From positions 2,880,001-2,944,000 of the forward strand of contig OZ245742.1 of assembly GCA_965227295.1 (NCBI GenBank): a DNA stretch of 64,000 bases, given 5' to 3'. Each line of letters opens with the position of its first letter. Positions within the stretch are counted from its first letter, which is position 1. Origin of the DNA: Leptonemataceae bacterium (GTDB taxonomy: Bacteria; Spirochaetota; Leptospiria; Leptospirales; Leptonemataceae). Of this stretch, positions 8,575 to 18,185 are shown in pieces. A program made the position numbers and the translations under genes. The notes beneath the pieces were generated by a model. That model was given only the letters and a program-made list of their open reading frames with translations. It was not told where the DNA came from and did no database searches.

Positions 8575-10179
8575 ATGAATGCCGGCCCGAGAACCGTGAA
8601 TCAAGAAGAAGCCGGCGACCTGGAGATCCGCGGTGAGCAGACGGCCATCAGCATGAGGATCTTCCTGGCGGTCGTCTTCGGCATCGGCACCCTCGCGGCG
8701 TATTCCACGGGAGCGATCTCCGGCCGCCTGGTCGTCTACTACATTGTGGGCTGCGCAGGCTTCGTCGTCCTGGCCGGCGTGTCCGCCCTCCTGTTGCGCC
8801 TGAATCTGTATCGGCGGAGCTGGAAGTACTGGCTCGCCGCTGCGGAGTACCTGTGTTTCGGCATCGTCCTGGCCGGCTACATATTCACCCCCGGCGCCGA
8901 TCCGTACTTTACCGTTCGCAACGTTCCCGTGAACACGGTATACTTCGTCATTCTTACCGGCGCTGTCTTGCGTTTCTCTCCGCGCCTGGCCATCGTCAGT
9001 TCCATCTACGCGATCGTCCTCCTGGCACTGGTACATCTCGGACTTGTTCTTGTACATCAGAGCGCACTCAAGCTCAACGCCGCCGGCGCGGAGAAAGTTG
9101 TCGGTGTGGATGCGTGGGCCGTAATCAGTATCTTTCTGGCCGGGACCGGCCTGGCCCTCGCGGCGGCGGCCGGACGCGTGCGCAGTCTGGTGATTCAGGC
9201 GCGCGGTCACGAAACCGACGCTCGCCGAAACTTAAGCAGCATTCAGGATCTCCTGGAGGGTATCCGCACCACGGCTCGTGAACTCAGCGCGTCGGTGCAG
9301 GACATTGACCGGGCGGTGGCGGAGAACGAAGACATGTCCCGGGATCAGATGGCATCCGTTGAGGAAACCGGTGCCACCATGGAACAGATGTCGGCGTCCA
9401 CGCGATCCGTGGTGGACCGGGCTCAGGCCCAGGAGGAGCTCTGCGAAAAGAACGCCGCGAGCATGCAGGGATTGAACGATCTGGTCCAGAAGATCCTCGA
9501 CGTTTCGAACAACGCTTCCATGCGCAGCCGCGATACCCTCGAAGACGCTCGCCGCGGCGAACAAGAACTCGGCCGCGTCGGTGAGATCATCGAATCCATT
9601 CACGAAAGCTCCGAAAAGGTGGCGGACATCGTCACCGTGATCAACGGCATCTCCGATAAAACCAATCTGCTCGCGCTCAACGCCGCCATCGAAGCGGCCC
9701 GGGCCGGCGAGGAAGGCCGCGGTTTTTCAGTGGTCGCCGACGAGGTGGGCAAGCTCGCGGAGTTGTCCTCGCGCAACGCAAAAGAAATCGAGAAGCTCAT
9801 ACACGAAACCAGGCAGACGACCGCGGGCGGCGTCGAAAGCATCGGCGCGACAGTGCGCACGTTGCAGGGAATCATCGACGGCATCAAAGACATCGTGGAG
9901 ATGATTCGTCACGCCAACGGACTGGTGCAGGAACAGAGCGGGGTGAGTTCGGAAGTGGCGCAGCAAACGCAACGCATCCAGAGCATGGCCCGGGAGGTCC
10001 GGGACGCCGTGGAAGAACAAATGAACGGCGCACGGGAAATCCTCGGTGCGGTGGACGCCCTGAACAAGACCTCGGAGAGTTTCGTGCAAACCTCGGAAAA
10101 GCTGCGCCGGGCCGGCCAGTCCTTAACAGAGAGCAGTACAAAGTTAAGCGATCGCGCCGAGGCTTTCGCGGATTACTGA
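8575..10179 (+). CDS. Methyl-accepting chemotaxis protein with multi-TM N-terminus
   Basis: INGISDKTNLLALNAAIEAARAGEEGRGFSVVADEVGKLAE; about 6 hydrophobic segments at the N-terminus. Confidence 0.95.
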   Translation: MNAGPRTVNQEEAGDLEIRGEQTAISMRIFLAVVFGIGTLAAYSTGAISGRLVVYYIVGCAGFVVLAGVSALLLRLNLYRRSWKYWLAAAEYLCFGIVLAGYIFTPGADPYFTVRNVPVNTVYFVILTGAVLRFSPRLAIVSSIYAIVLLALVHLGLVLVHQSALKLNAAGAEKVVGVDAWAVISIFLAGTGLALAAAAGRVRSLVIQARGHETDARRNLSSIQDLLEGIRTTARELSASVQDIDRAVAENEDMSRDQMASVEETGATMEQMSASTRSVVDRAQAQEELCEKNAASMQGLNDLVQKILDVSNNASMRSRDTLEDARRGEQELGRVGEIIESIHESSEKVADIVTVINGISDKTNLLALNAAIEAARAGEEGRGFSVVADEVGKLAELSSRNAKEIEKLIHETRQTTAGGVESIGATVRTLQGIIDGIKDIVEMIRHANGLVQEQSGVSSEVAQQTQRIQSMAREVRDAVEEQMNGAREILGAVDALNKTSESFVQTSEKLRRAGQSLTESSTKLSDRAEAFADY

Positions 10180-10188
10180 GGTTCGCGC

Positions 10189-10419
10189 TTACTTGCGGAC
10201 GGACGCTTCCAGTTTCGACTGGATGTCCCGGGCGCGGCTTACTCCCTGGTCGAGGAGGCCGCGCAGGTGAACGGCTCCCTCGCTCTGATCGGCGGCGCCT
10301 TTGGCCACAAGATCGGCGTAGCCTTTTTCAATGTTCTCCGCCAGTTCGCCGAGCCGGCGTTCCAGGGAACGATAGATCCCCAGACCGACGTTCAGGGCAT
10401 TGTTTGCGCGCTCTGCCAT
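10189..10419 (-). CDS. Small helical phasin-like protein (76 aa)
   Basis: MAERANNALNVGLGIYRSLERRLGELAENIEKGYADLVAKGAADQSEGAVHLRGLLD; resembles the phasin-related pattern (GxG...LVxKG); it is the 3' end of the otherwise spurious 515-aa antisense ORF. Confidence 0.65.
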   Translation of the reverse strand: MAERANNALNVGLGIYRSLERRLGELAENIEKGYADLVAKGAADQSEGAVHLRGLLDQGVSRARDIQSKLEASVRK

Positions 10420-10590
10420 GCTGTTGCTCCTCTTCGCAAAACGGCACGGCTCCGCGCCTGGTGCGATGCGCCATTTTGTGGTGCGCCGTGCAATCGCGCA
10501 AGCGGAAATTCGAACAGGGATGCCGGAATCGAGTCCTGAACCGAAAAAATCCTGGTGGCAAAGCCGCGGGGCCTGTCGCAGAACGGAGCC

Positions 10591-12321
10591 ATGATCCACC
10601 GTACCTGTGCCGCGTTCTTGTTGTTCACCCTTATCAATTTTTGCGGCGATAAGCCGGACCCGAACGTCGATTATACGGCGAAGTGGCTCGAAGAGTTTTC
10701 GCCGAGTACGCTGAGCCGGGACGAGCAGCTCGCTGAAATCCGCTGGTTCCAGGAGCAGGCGAAACCCTTCGCCGAGAAGGGCCTCACCATCAAGGTCGTC
10801 TCGGAAACCATCGATACCCACGCCTACGAATCGAAGGTGCTCGCGAAGGCCTTCTACGAACTCACCGGCGTGCGTGTCGTGCACGACCTCATTCAAGAAG
10901 GCGACGTCATCGAAAAGCTGCAAACCCAGATGCAGAGCGGGCGATCCATCTACGACATGTACGTCAACGATACCGACCTCATCGGCACGCACTATCGGTA
11001 CGGCCACGTGGTGCCGCTTTCGGACTTCATGAGCGGCGAGGGCAAAGACGTGACGCTGCCCACGCTGGATCTCGACGATTTTATCGGCAAAGACTTCGGC
11101 ACCGGGCCGGACGGGAAACTCTACCAGTTGCCGGATCAACAATTTGCGAATCTCTACTGGTTTCGCTACGACTGGTTCAGCCGGGACGATCTCAAGCGGC
11201 AATTCAAAGAAAAGTACGGCTACGAACTGGGCGTGCCGGTCAACTGGAGTGCCTACGAAGACATCGCTAACTTTTTCACGAATGATGTTAAAGAAATCGA
11301 CGGGGAGCGTGTCTATGGTCACATGGATTACGGAAAAAAAGATCCGTCTCTGGGATGGCGTTTTACGGACGCCTGGCTGAGCATGGCCGGCGTCGGTTCG
11401 AAGGGCCTGCCCAACGGCCGTCCCGTGGACGAGTGGGGCATCCGCATTGACGACGCGGCGTGTTCGCCGGTGGGCGCCTCGGTGGCTCGCGGCGGCGCGA
11501 CCAACAGTCCCGCCGCAGTATATGCATTGCGCAAGTATATCGAGTGGTTGCAAAAGTACGCGCCGCCGGAGGCCCCGGGCATGACATTCTCGGAGGCCGG
11601 CCCGGTTCCCGGCCAGGGTAACGTCGCGCAACAGATATTCTGGTACACCGCGTTTACCGCGGCGCTTACGAAAGAGGGCCTGCCCGTGGTGAACGAGGAC
11701 GGCACGCCGAAGTGGCGCATGGCCCCGTCGCCCCACGGCCCGTACTGGGAACAGGGCATGAAACTCGGCTATCAGGACGCCGGCGGCTGGACCATGCTCA
11801 AGAGCACGCCCCTGGAGCGTCGCCGGGCCGCGTGGCTCTACGCCCAGTTTACGGTGTCGAAGACCGTCTCGCTTAAGAAATTCTTAGCAGGACTTACGCC
11901 GATCCGCAAGAGCGATCTTATGAGCGAGGCCGTCAGCGAACGCGCCGCGCGCTACGGCGGTCTCGTGGAGTTCTATCGCAGTCCCGCCCGCGTGAGCTGG
12001 ACGCCCACGGGCATCAACGTTCCGGACTATCCGCGTCTCGCGCAACTGTGGTGGAAGAACATTTCGCAGGCGGTTACCGGGGACGCCGCACCCCAGGCTG
12101 CCATGGATCGACTGGCCGAAGAGATGGACGATGTGATGGGACGCCTGGAGAACATCGGCATGGAGCGTTGCGCGCCGAAATTGAACGAGGCCGTGGATCC
12201 GGAGACCTGGCTCAAGCGCCCCGGTTCACCGAAGCAGAAACTCGCGAACGAAAAGCCGCGCGGCCAAACCATCGCTTACGAGAAGTTACTGAACGCCTGG
12301 AAACAGGGCCGCGTGCGGTGA
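10591..12321 (+). CDS. glpV: Glycerol-type ABC transporter substrate-binding lipoprotein (GlpV-like)
   Basis: Lipobox-like LLFTLINFC; EFSPSTLSRDEQLAEIRWF, YQLPDQQFANLYWFRYDWF, GHMDYGKKDPSLGWRFTDAWLSMAG, WRMAPSPHGPYW. Confidence 0.9.
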   Translation: MIHRTCAAFLLFTLINFCGDKPDPNVDYTAKWLEEFSPSTLSRDEQLAEIRWFQEQAKPFAEKGLTIKVVSETIDTHAYESKVLAKAFYELTGVRVVHDLIQEGDVIEKLQTQMQSGRSIYDMYVNDTDLIGTHYRYGHVVPLSDFMSGEGKDVTLPTLDLDDFIGKDFGTGPDGKLYQLPDQQFANLYWFRYDWFSRDDLKRQFKEKYGYELGVPVNWSAYEDIANFFTNDVKEIDGERVYGHMDYGKKDPSLGWRFTDAWLSMAGVGSKGLPNGRPVDEWGIRIDDAACSPVGASVARGGATNSPAAVYALRKYIEWLQKYAPPEAPGMTFSEAGPVPGQGNVAQQIFWYTAFTAALTKEGLPVVNEDGTPKWRMAPSPHGPYWEQGMKLGYQDAGGWTMLKSTPLERRRAAWLYAQFTVSKTVSLKKFLAGLTPIRKSDLMSEAVSERAARYGGLVEFYRSPARVSWTPTGINVPDYPRLAQLWWKNISQAVTGDAAPQAAMDRLAEEMDDVMGRLENIGMERCAPKLNEAVDPETWLKRPGSPKQKLANEKPRGQTIAYEKLLNAWKQGRVR

Positions 12322-12349
12322 GAATGTCGCGGTCAAAGCGAGTAGGCCC

Positions 12350-13132
12350 TTAATTCTCACACAAATGAATCCCGGTAAACGCCACGTTGTTGAGAAAAAA
12401 CGTCGGCGGGACACCGAACATTTCTTTGAACGTACGGCTGAGGTGGGCGGCGTCCGAGAAGCCCGCGGAGTGTGCTCCCTCGGTAACACTGACCCCGTCC
12501 TGGATCATCATGGCGACGCGGCGGAGTTTCAGCCACAGCAGATAGCGACGCAACGGCAGGCCCATGTGTTGCTTGAACAGATGCATGAGCCGGTTGTCCG
12601 AGACGCCGACGGCCGCCGCGAGTTCGTAGATGGAAACGTCGCTCAGATCCTCGGTGGCCTTGATCAGCTCCAGCACTTTCGGAATGCGTTCGTCCCACTC
12701 GCGCTTCGGCGCGGAGAGATCCGCGCAGTGCAGGAGCACTTCGTTGAGCAGGGCGTAGGCGTCCCGGCAGCTCGCCCGGCCTTCCATGACGGCGTTCAGG
12801 GCGCCCTGCAACGGGGCGAAGTCGTTGGGATCCAGGGCGCGGATCTGCTCACGGTAATTCGCGTCGTCGCTGAAGAAGCGGAACTCTTCGCCGTCGGGAT
12901 CCACCATGAAAACCAGCAGCGGGGTGTCGCCGGCCAGGAGCTCGTGTTCCGTATTCGGAGCGATCATGGCGGCGCCGTACTCCTCTTCACCGTCCGCGGT
13001 GCGCAGACGAAACGAGCCGCCGGGGGAAATTAAGATTTCAGCCGCAAAGTGTTTGTGAAGTTCGGTTTGCATTCCACCGCAGGCGTAGAGGATGCGTCCT
13101 TCTTCGTATAGGTAGATTTGTTCGCCGGCCAT
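12350..13132 (-). CDS. AraC-family transcriptional regulator
   Basis: C-terminal HTH ELAAAVGVSDNRLMHLFKQHMG...AHSAGFSDAAHLSRTFKEMFGVPP; N-terminal cupin HxH. Confidence 0.93.
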   Translation of the reverse strand: MAGEQIYLYEEGRILYACGGMQTELHKHFAAEILISPGGSFRLRTADGEEEYGAAMIAPNTEHELLAGDTPLLVFMVDPDGEEFRFFSDDANYREQIRALDPNDFAPLQGALNAVMEGRASCRDAYALLNEVLLHCADLSAPKREWDERIPKVLELIKATEDLSDVSIYELAAAVGVSDNRLMHLFKQHMGLPLRRYLLWLKLRRVAMMIQDGVSVTEGAHSAGFSDAAHLSRTFKEMFGVPPTFFLNNVAFTGIHLCEN

Positions 13133-13149
13133 CCGGATGCACTCCGCAC

Positions 13150-13473
13150 TCAGTTCTCGATGATGAAGAGGTCGTCCAGGAAGCCCGCTTCCAGTATGCC
13201 TCGAATGCGGCGACCCGGGTGGGACAGGACGAAATCGGCTCCTATTTCGCGGACTTTCTTTTGAAGATTGGCGAGCAGGGCGATGCCCGAGGAGTCGAGA
13301 TTGCTGAGATCGGTCATGTCCACGCGGAAGACCTCCACGCCGTCCGTGCTTTCGTCGAGGAAGCTGAAGACGGCTCGCTTCAGCCGCGTTACGGAGTTCA
13401 TGTCGAGTTCTCCGATTAGACGCAGAAGGACGCCCCCGGCATCGACGTGACTGATCTCATGATCGAGAGACAC
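13150..13473 (-). CDS. STAS-domain anti-sigma factor antagonist
   Basis: LIGELDM...VDMTDLSNLDSSGIALL. Confidence 0.9.
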   Translation of the reverse strand: MSLDHEISHVDAGGVLLRLIGELDMNSVTRLKRAVFSFLDESTDGVEVFRVDMTDLSNLDSSGIALLANLQKKVREIGADFVLSHPGRRIRGILEAGFLDDLFIIEN

Positions 13474-13487
13474 GAGCCAGAATCACC

Positions 13488-14558
13488 GTGAATTCTCGAT
13501 CACGCAAGCCAAATCCTTTGCAAAAACAGGTTGGATCTACCGTGCCGCGCCGGAGGCTGGCCGCAGTCGTGGAACCGAATTTCTACATTGATCACGTCCC
13601 GGTGTTCGGCGATGTTTCGCTGTCGCCCATGGCCGGTTTCTCGGACAGCCCTTACCGGCGTCTGTGTCGCCGGCGCGGGGCGGCCTTCGCCTTCACCGAA
13701 TTTGTCAGCGCGGAGTACCTCTGCCGGGGTTCGCAACGCTCCATCGATCTGTTTCGTTTTGAAGACGAGGAGCGGCCCGTAATTTTCCAAATCTTCGGCC
13801 ACGATCCGCGTACACTGCTGTATGCGGCCCAGGCGGCCGAAGAACTCGGCCCCGACGTGATCGACATCAACATGGGTTGTTCCGTAAAGGCCGTGGCCCA
13901 TAGGGGCTCCGGTGCCGGCATGCTCCGCGATCCCCGACGCACCGCTCACATCTTCCGCCTGTTGCGGCGCCATCTGCACGTTCCGCTCACGGCGAAGATT
14001 CGTCTGGGCTGGGATGATACGTCGCGCAATTCCGTGGAACTCGCGCAGGTGCTTTTTGAAAGCGGCGCCGCCATGATCTCGGTGCACGGGCGCACGAAGC
14101 AACAGGGCTATCAGGGGCAGGCGGATTGGGAGGCCATCGGCGAAACCGCGGCGGCCGTTCCGATTCCCGTGCTGGGCAACGGGGATGTGCGCTCGCTTTC
14201 CGAAGCCCGGGCGCGCCGACGGCAGTACGGAACGGCCGGCGTGCTGATCGGCCGGGCGGCCATTGGCAATCCCTGGGTATTCTCTTCAGAATTTGACGGC
14301 CGCACGCCGGCGGCCCCGGTGACTCTCGACGGCATGCTGGAACACCTCGCACACAGCCTGGAATTCCAGCACGGCAAAGAACCGCCGGAGCGCAGCCTGC
14401 GTCTCTTCCGCAAACACGCCGCGCGCTACCTGGGGCTGCATCCCGAACTCGCCGGCGTGAAAACACGTCTACTAACCGTCGAGGACGTGGACGACTTCCG
14501 GCGGATAAGCCTTGACTGCCTGGAAAAACACGAAAAACTCGCGAGTTTGACGGTATAA
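13488..14558 (+). CDS. dusB: tRNA-dihydrouridine synthase (DusB-like)
   Basis: LSPMAGFSD, IDINMGC, GSGAGML, TAKIRLGWD, VHGRT, GNGDV, GRAAIGNPW; start uncertain. Confidence 0.92.
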   Translation: MNSRSRKPNPLQKQVGSTVPRRRLAAVVEPNFYIDHVPVFGDVSLSPMAGFSDSPYRRLCRRRGAAFAFTEFVSAEYLCRGSQRSIDLFRFEDEERPVIFQIFGHDPRTLLYAAQAAEELGPDVIDINMGCSVKAVAHRGSGAGMLRDPRRTAHIFRLLRRHLHVPLTAKIRLGWDDTSRNSVELAQVLFESGAAMISVHGRTKQQGYQGQADWEAIGETAAAVPIPVLGNGDVRSLSEARARRRQYGTAGVLIGRAAIGNPWVFSSEFDGRTPAAPVTLDGMLEHLAHSLEFQHGKEPPERSLRLFRKHAARYLGLHPELAGVKTRLLTVEDVDDFRRISLDCLEKHEKLASLTV

Positions 14559-14601
14559 CATGCATTTCTTGTTTCTCTCACGTTTCCCCATTTTTCGAAC
14601 G

Positions 14602-15642
14602 ATGCGCGCAAGCGTTCTCACGATGTTGCTGGCGCTCGCCGTTGCCTGCGGTTCGAGCGGCGAAGTCCGCGAAGGCGGATCGTCCGCGGACACAGCGAAC
14701 GGCGCGGGTCAGAGCGGCACGGATGCCGGCGCGGCCGGCACCACGGCTGCCGCCGCCGACTACGGCGAGGCCGTCAACCGCGTGCGTTACGTTGTCGGCG
14801 AGGTCGCCATCACTGAGGTGGACATCCAGAAGATGGCGGAAATCCTCCGGCAGACCCGCGAGGGCGGTCCCAATCCGGAGCGCAAGGCCGTCGACGTCCT
14901 GGTCGAACGGGCCATCGTAAACATGGAAGCCGAGCGCGAGTCCATCATCGTCAGCGCCGAGCGCATGGAAAACGAAATCCGTCGCCGGCAGTTGGCCAGC
15001 GGGGCGGAGACCCTCGAAGACTTTCGCAAGAACGTCGAGCGTCAGACCGGTGCATCCTTTGAAGCCTGGGTGGATCAACTGCGCTTCGAAATCATCAAAC
15101 GCCAGCTGATTCAAATCAAACTGACCGTGGAGCAGCCGGGCGAAGACGAAGTCGAAAAGTTCTACCGGCAACATCGTTCGCAGGTGGGCATCGAAGTGCG
15201 TTACCGCGAAATGATCTTCGTCCCCCGTTCCGGCAGCATCGAAGAAGAGGCCCGTGTTTCCCGCCTGGCGCAGCAGGCCCACGATCGCGTACGATCCAAC
15301 CCTTCTTCTTTCGGCGACATCGCGCGCTCCATACCCGAGAACGTCTCTCCGTTGCGCGGCCTCGGCGGTTTGCAGGATTACATTCCCATCCAGTCCGTGG
15401 CCGAGCGCGATGTCACCCTCGCCGGCGTGTTATTCAACGCATCTCCGGGCATGACGCCGCGTCCTTTTCGCATCAGCGGGAACCGTTACATGGTTGTGCG
15501 CGTGGAAGGCAAACGCCCGGTGCCCCTGTCCCGGGTGCGCGATCAAATTCGCCAGCGCCTGTACTTCGATAAAGAGAACGAAGCCTTCGAGAAATGGATG
15601 GCGAAGCGGCGCAAAGAAATCGCCATCGTCACGCCGGAATAA
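14602..15642 (+). CDS. SurA/parvulin-like periplasmic chaperone lipoprotein
   Basis: Lipobox LAVAC; SurA-N-like VNRVRYVVGEVAITEVD; rotamase-like SFGDIARS...GGL; C-terminal FEKWMAKRRKE. Confidence 0.75.
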   Translation: MRASVLTMLLALAVACGSSGEVREGGSSADTANGAGQSGTDAGAAGTTAAAADYGEAVNRVRYVVGEVAITEVDIQKMAEILRQTREGGPNPERKAVDVLVERAIVNMEAERESIIVSAERMENEIRRRQLASGAETLEDFRKNVERQTGASFEAWVDQLRFEIIKRQLIQIKLTVEQPGEDEVEKFYRQHRSQVGIEVRYREMIFVPRSGSIEEEARVSRLAQQAHDRVRSNPSSFGDIARSIPENVSPLRGLGGLQDYIPIQSVAERDVTLAGVLFNASPGMTPRPFRISGNRYMVVRVEGKRPVPLSRVRDQIRQRLYFDKENEAFEKWMAKRRKEIAIVTPE

Positions 15643-15644
15643 CG

Positions 15645-17129
15645 GTGTCCACATCCATCGAGACAAAGATCATTGCCGCCCTGGTGTTTCGCGAGGCCGG
15701 GAGTCCGGAACCGCCGCAGCATCTTCTCGGCGAAGCGCGGCGTCGCCTGCAGGCGCTCTATCCGGACGTTCCCGTGCACGTCGCACATCAGGGACGGCTC
15801 ATCGATGCGCTGCGCTCGGCGCTTGCGGCCGCGGAAACAACGTCTTCGCAAAATGAGCAGGATAGTGTCGCCGTTTTCTACGACTGGTATCCGCTGCTCG
15901 ATGCCGAACTCAGCCGGGAAGCCGCCGACGAACACGGCCGTTACCTGGCTCACTTTACGTACGGCGAAAACATTCCCCGCGGCCTCATCCCCGATTTCGC
16001 TTCGGCGGAGTTCATCGCCTCGTTGCCGGACGAAGTGCCCGACGACCTGCGAACGTTCGTCTTTCGCAAGATCGATCAGTACGACGTCGAACTCTTTTAC
16101 CGCACGCCGGATCTGCGACAGTATCGCCTGGACGTTTCGTGCAGCAGCCCGCGTTCGCAGCAACTTGCCGCGAGCATTCTGAAACGTGCACCGGAGTTGA
16201 ACTTTGCCGGCCTCGCGGAATTCCTGCGCCGGGAACCGGAGGTGTTGCGCCCGTATCCCTCGTACTTCGAAATCGAAGCATGTGCGGTCTCCGGGGTGCG
16301 GCCCGGGTATTTGCCGCAACCGTTGCAACCACGTGATGCCGTGTTGGACGACGCCCTCATTCAGAAGCTGCGCGAGGATATTCAGAGCAACGGATTGTCC
16401 GGTGACGTCACCGTATCTTTTGCCGGTCCGGGCGACGTCCTCTGGCATCCGCGCTGGCCGGAACTGATCGAGCACTTTACGAAACTCGACGCCGTGCGGC
16501 GGGTCTTCGTCGAAACCTACGGAGTGCTGAGCGATGAGAACGCGCTGTCCGTCGTGGAGCAACTCGCGAAGCTGGAGCAGGCTCACAAAGTTGCGATGAT
16601 CGTACGTTTGTCCACTCTGCGCGGCGATCGTTACGCGGAACTCTACGGCAGCAATCGCCTGGCCGACGTCGAAAGGTTTCTTGCGGCGTTGCAGTCGGCT
16701 CTGTCCGGCGGCCCGGCGACGTTTTCGGCGTACGTGGAAATGCTGCGCCTCAAAGACAGTGACGATGAGGTCGGCGCATTCATGGATCGCTTCGAGGCGG
16801 ACGGATCGCGGGTGCAGCCGCTGCTGGGAAAATACAACAACTACGCCGGGCGCCTACCGGAGCGCCGCGCGGCGGACCTCACGCCCCTGGGGCGGGATTT
16901 CTGCTGGCATCTGGCGCGGGATCTGTACGTAACCGCAGAAGGCCGGGTGCCTCTCTGCAAACAAGACGTGTTTGCCGAACGCGAGACGGCCCTGGATCTC
17001 CGCGAGTACGACGTCGCCGGCATCCTTGCAAAAACGGCCGAACATCACGCGGCTTCGATTCGCGGCGAACATGAACGGATCCCCATGCCGTGCCTGCAAT
17101 GCGATGAATGGTACACGTTCAACGGCTAA
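15645..17129 (+). CDS. Spiro-SPASM protein (cytidylyltransferase-like N-term, degenerate radical SAM domain, C-terminal SPASM)
   Basis: YLAHFTYGENIPRGLIP, DQYDVELFY, LRPYPSYFEIE; C-term DLTPLGRDFCWHLARDLYVTAEGRVPLCKQD...CLQCDEWYTFNG; no CxxxCxxC motif; GTG start 15645. Confidence 0.88.
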   Translation: MSTSIETKIIAALVFREAGSPEPPQHLLGEARRRLQALYPDVPVHVAHQGRLIDALRSALAAAETTSSQNEQDSVAVFYDWYPLLDAELSREAADEHGRYLAHFTYGENIPRGLIPDFASAEFIASLPDEVPDDLRTFVFRKIDQYDVELFYRTPDLRQYRLDVSCSSPRSQQLAASILKRAPELNFAGLAEFLRREPEVLRPYPSYFEIEACAVSGVRPGYLPQPLQPRDAVLDDALIQKLREDIQSNGLSGDVTVSFAGPGDVLWHPRWPELIEHFTKLDAVRRVFVETYGVLSDENALSVVEQLAKLEQAHKVAMIVRLSTLRGDRYAELYGSNRLADVERFLAALQSALSGGPATFSAYVEMLRLKDSDDEVGAFMDRFEADGSRVQPLLGKYNNYAGRLPERRAADLTPLGRDFCWHLARDLYVTAEGRVPLCKQDVFAERETALDLREYDVAGILAKTAEHHAASIRGEHERIPMPCLQCDEWYTFNG

Positions 17130-17153
17130 TGCTCAGCCACGGAAAGTTAGCGC

Positions 17154-18083
17154 TCACATTAAAAACAAGGACCGTTCTTCCGGCGTGGGCAACCGGCAGC
17201 TTTCTTTTTTTCCGAACCAACGATAGCGATTCGCGGCGATGAGATCATACAGACCGTTGCGCCAGGAGCGCGGCAGGAGCAATGCAATCCGGGCGGACTT
17301 CCAGAGTCCGCCGAGACGCAGACCGATGGCGAGTACGGCGTCGGAGCGTTCGTGCAGACCGTGTTCGTCCAGATACAGCATGGTATTCATATCTTCCACG
17401 AGATCCGCGGCGAGTGTACGTTGCGCGAACTCGCCCTGGATCGGAGCATAACGAAAGATGCGGCCTCGATCCTCGACAATGATCCAGTCCACGGCCGTGT
17501 TGCAGAGGCCGCAGAAACCGTCGAAGAAAACCACCGGTGCCTGCCCGGGATGTGTCGCAGGGCGTCCGGGCCCCGGCCATCGGAACGCGAACAGGAACAA
17601 CAGCACCGCCGCCGGAATCAGCGAGGCCAGATAGGCGGCGGCGAAGAAACACAGGATGATGAGTGCAGCCGTTCCGGCCCAGGCGAGCGCGATGAGCCAT
17701 CGCTCGTGCCGCAGGGACCAGGCCGGGTTCGTCTGCCCGGCGAGGCGCCAGGGTTCGCCGCCGGGAGCCAGGACAATCAGGATCAACGGAAACGTACTGA
17801 GCCCGGCGGCCGCGGTTTCCGGCCAGGCGTTCAGGGCGCCGCCGCCTTGCAATGTAGGAGTTCCTACAAAGAGCATCGCGGCAATGACGGCCAGGCTGCT
17901 CAGCCGTCGGACGACTCCAACCATTACGAGTGCCCCTGCAAGTGCGCCCCCGCCGGCGGCCAGCAGGGCGCCGGGATCCGGTGCCGGGACACACATCGCG
18001 GCTCCCCAGGCCACGGCGAACAGGCCGGCCAAAATCCGATACATCGCGAATTGGTGCGGGCTGAGCTGCATTCGAGGCGACAT
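17154..18083 (-). CDS. DCC1/YuxK (DUF393) thiol-disulfide oxidoreductase-like domain fused to a membrane domain
   Basis: VVFFDGFCGLCN, RSDAVL, RNGLYDLIAANRYRWFGKKESCRLPT; hydrophobic N-terminal half. Confidence 0.88.
   Translation of the reverse strand: MSPRMQLSPHQFAMYRILAGLFAVAWGAAMCVPAPDPGALLAAGGGALAGALVMVGVVRRLSSLAVIAAMLFVGTPTLQGGGALNAWPETAAAGLSTFPLILIVLAPGGEPWRLAGQTNPAWSLRHERWLIALAWAGTAALIILCFFAAAYLASLIPAAVLLFLFAFRWPGPGRPATHPGQAPVVFFDGFCGLCNTAVDWIIVEDRGRIFRYAPIQGEFAQRTLAADLVEDMNTMLYLDEHGLHERSDAVLAIGLRLGGLWKSARIALLLPRSWRNGLYDLIAANRYRWFGKKESCRLPTPEERSLFLM
17853..17868. repeat. 16-bp palindromic motif, copy 1 (TGTAGGAGTTCCTACA)
   Basis: Seen directly; inside the DCC-like CDS, encoding VGTPT. 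Confidence 0.9.
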
Positions 18084-18084
18084 T

Positions 18085-18100
18085 TGTAGGAACTCCTACA
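18085..18100. repeat. 16-bp palindromic motif, copy 2 (TGTAGGAACTCCTACA)
   Basis: Seen directly; intergenic, just upstream of the DCC-like start codon. Confidence 0.9.
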
Positions 18101-18185
18101 ATCAAGGAGCCAGAAGGGGCCACGCGCGGCTGTAAAAATCCCGTGCAGGGCTCGATTTTCCCGCCCGAATGACGATAAAACACGT

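Noticed and set aside
10420..11736. 515-aa minus-strand ORF
   Set aside because: Mostly antisense to glpV; only the last 76 codons look like a real gene.
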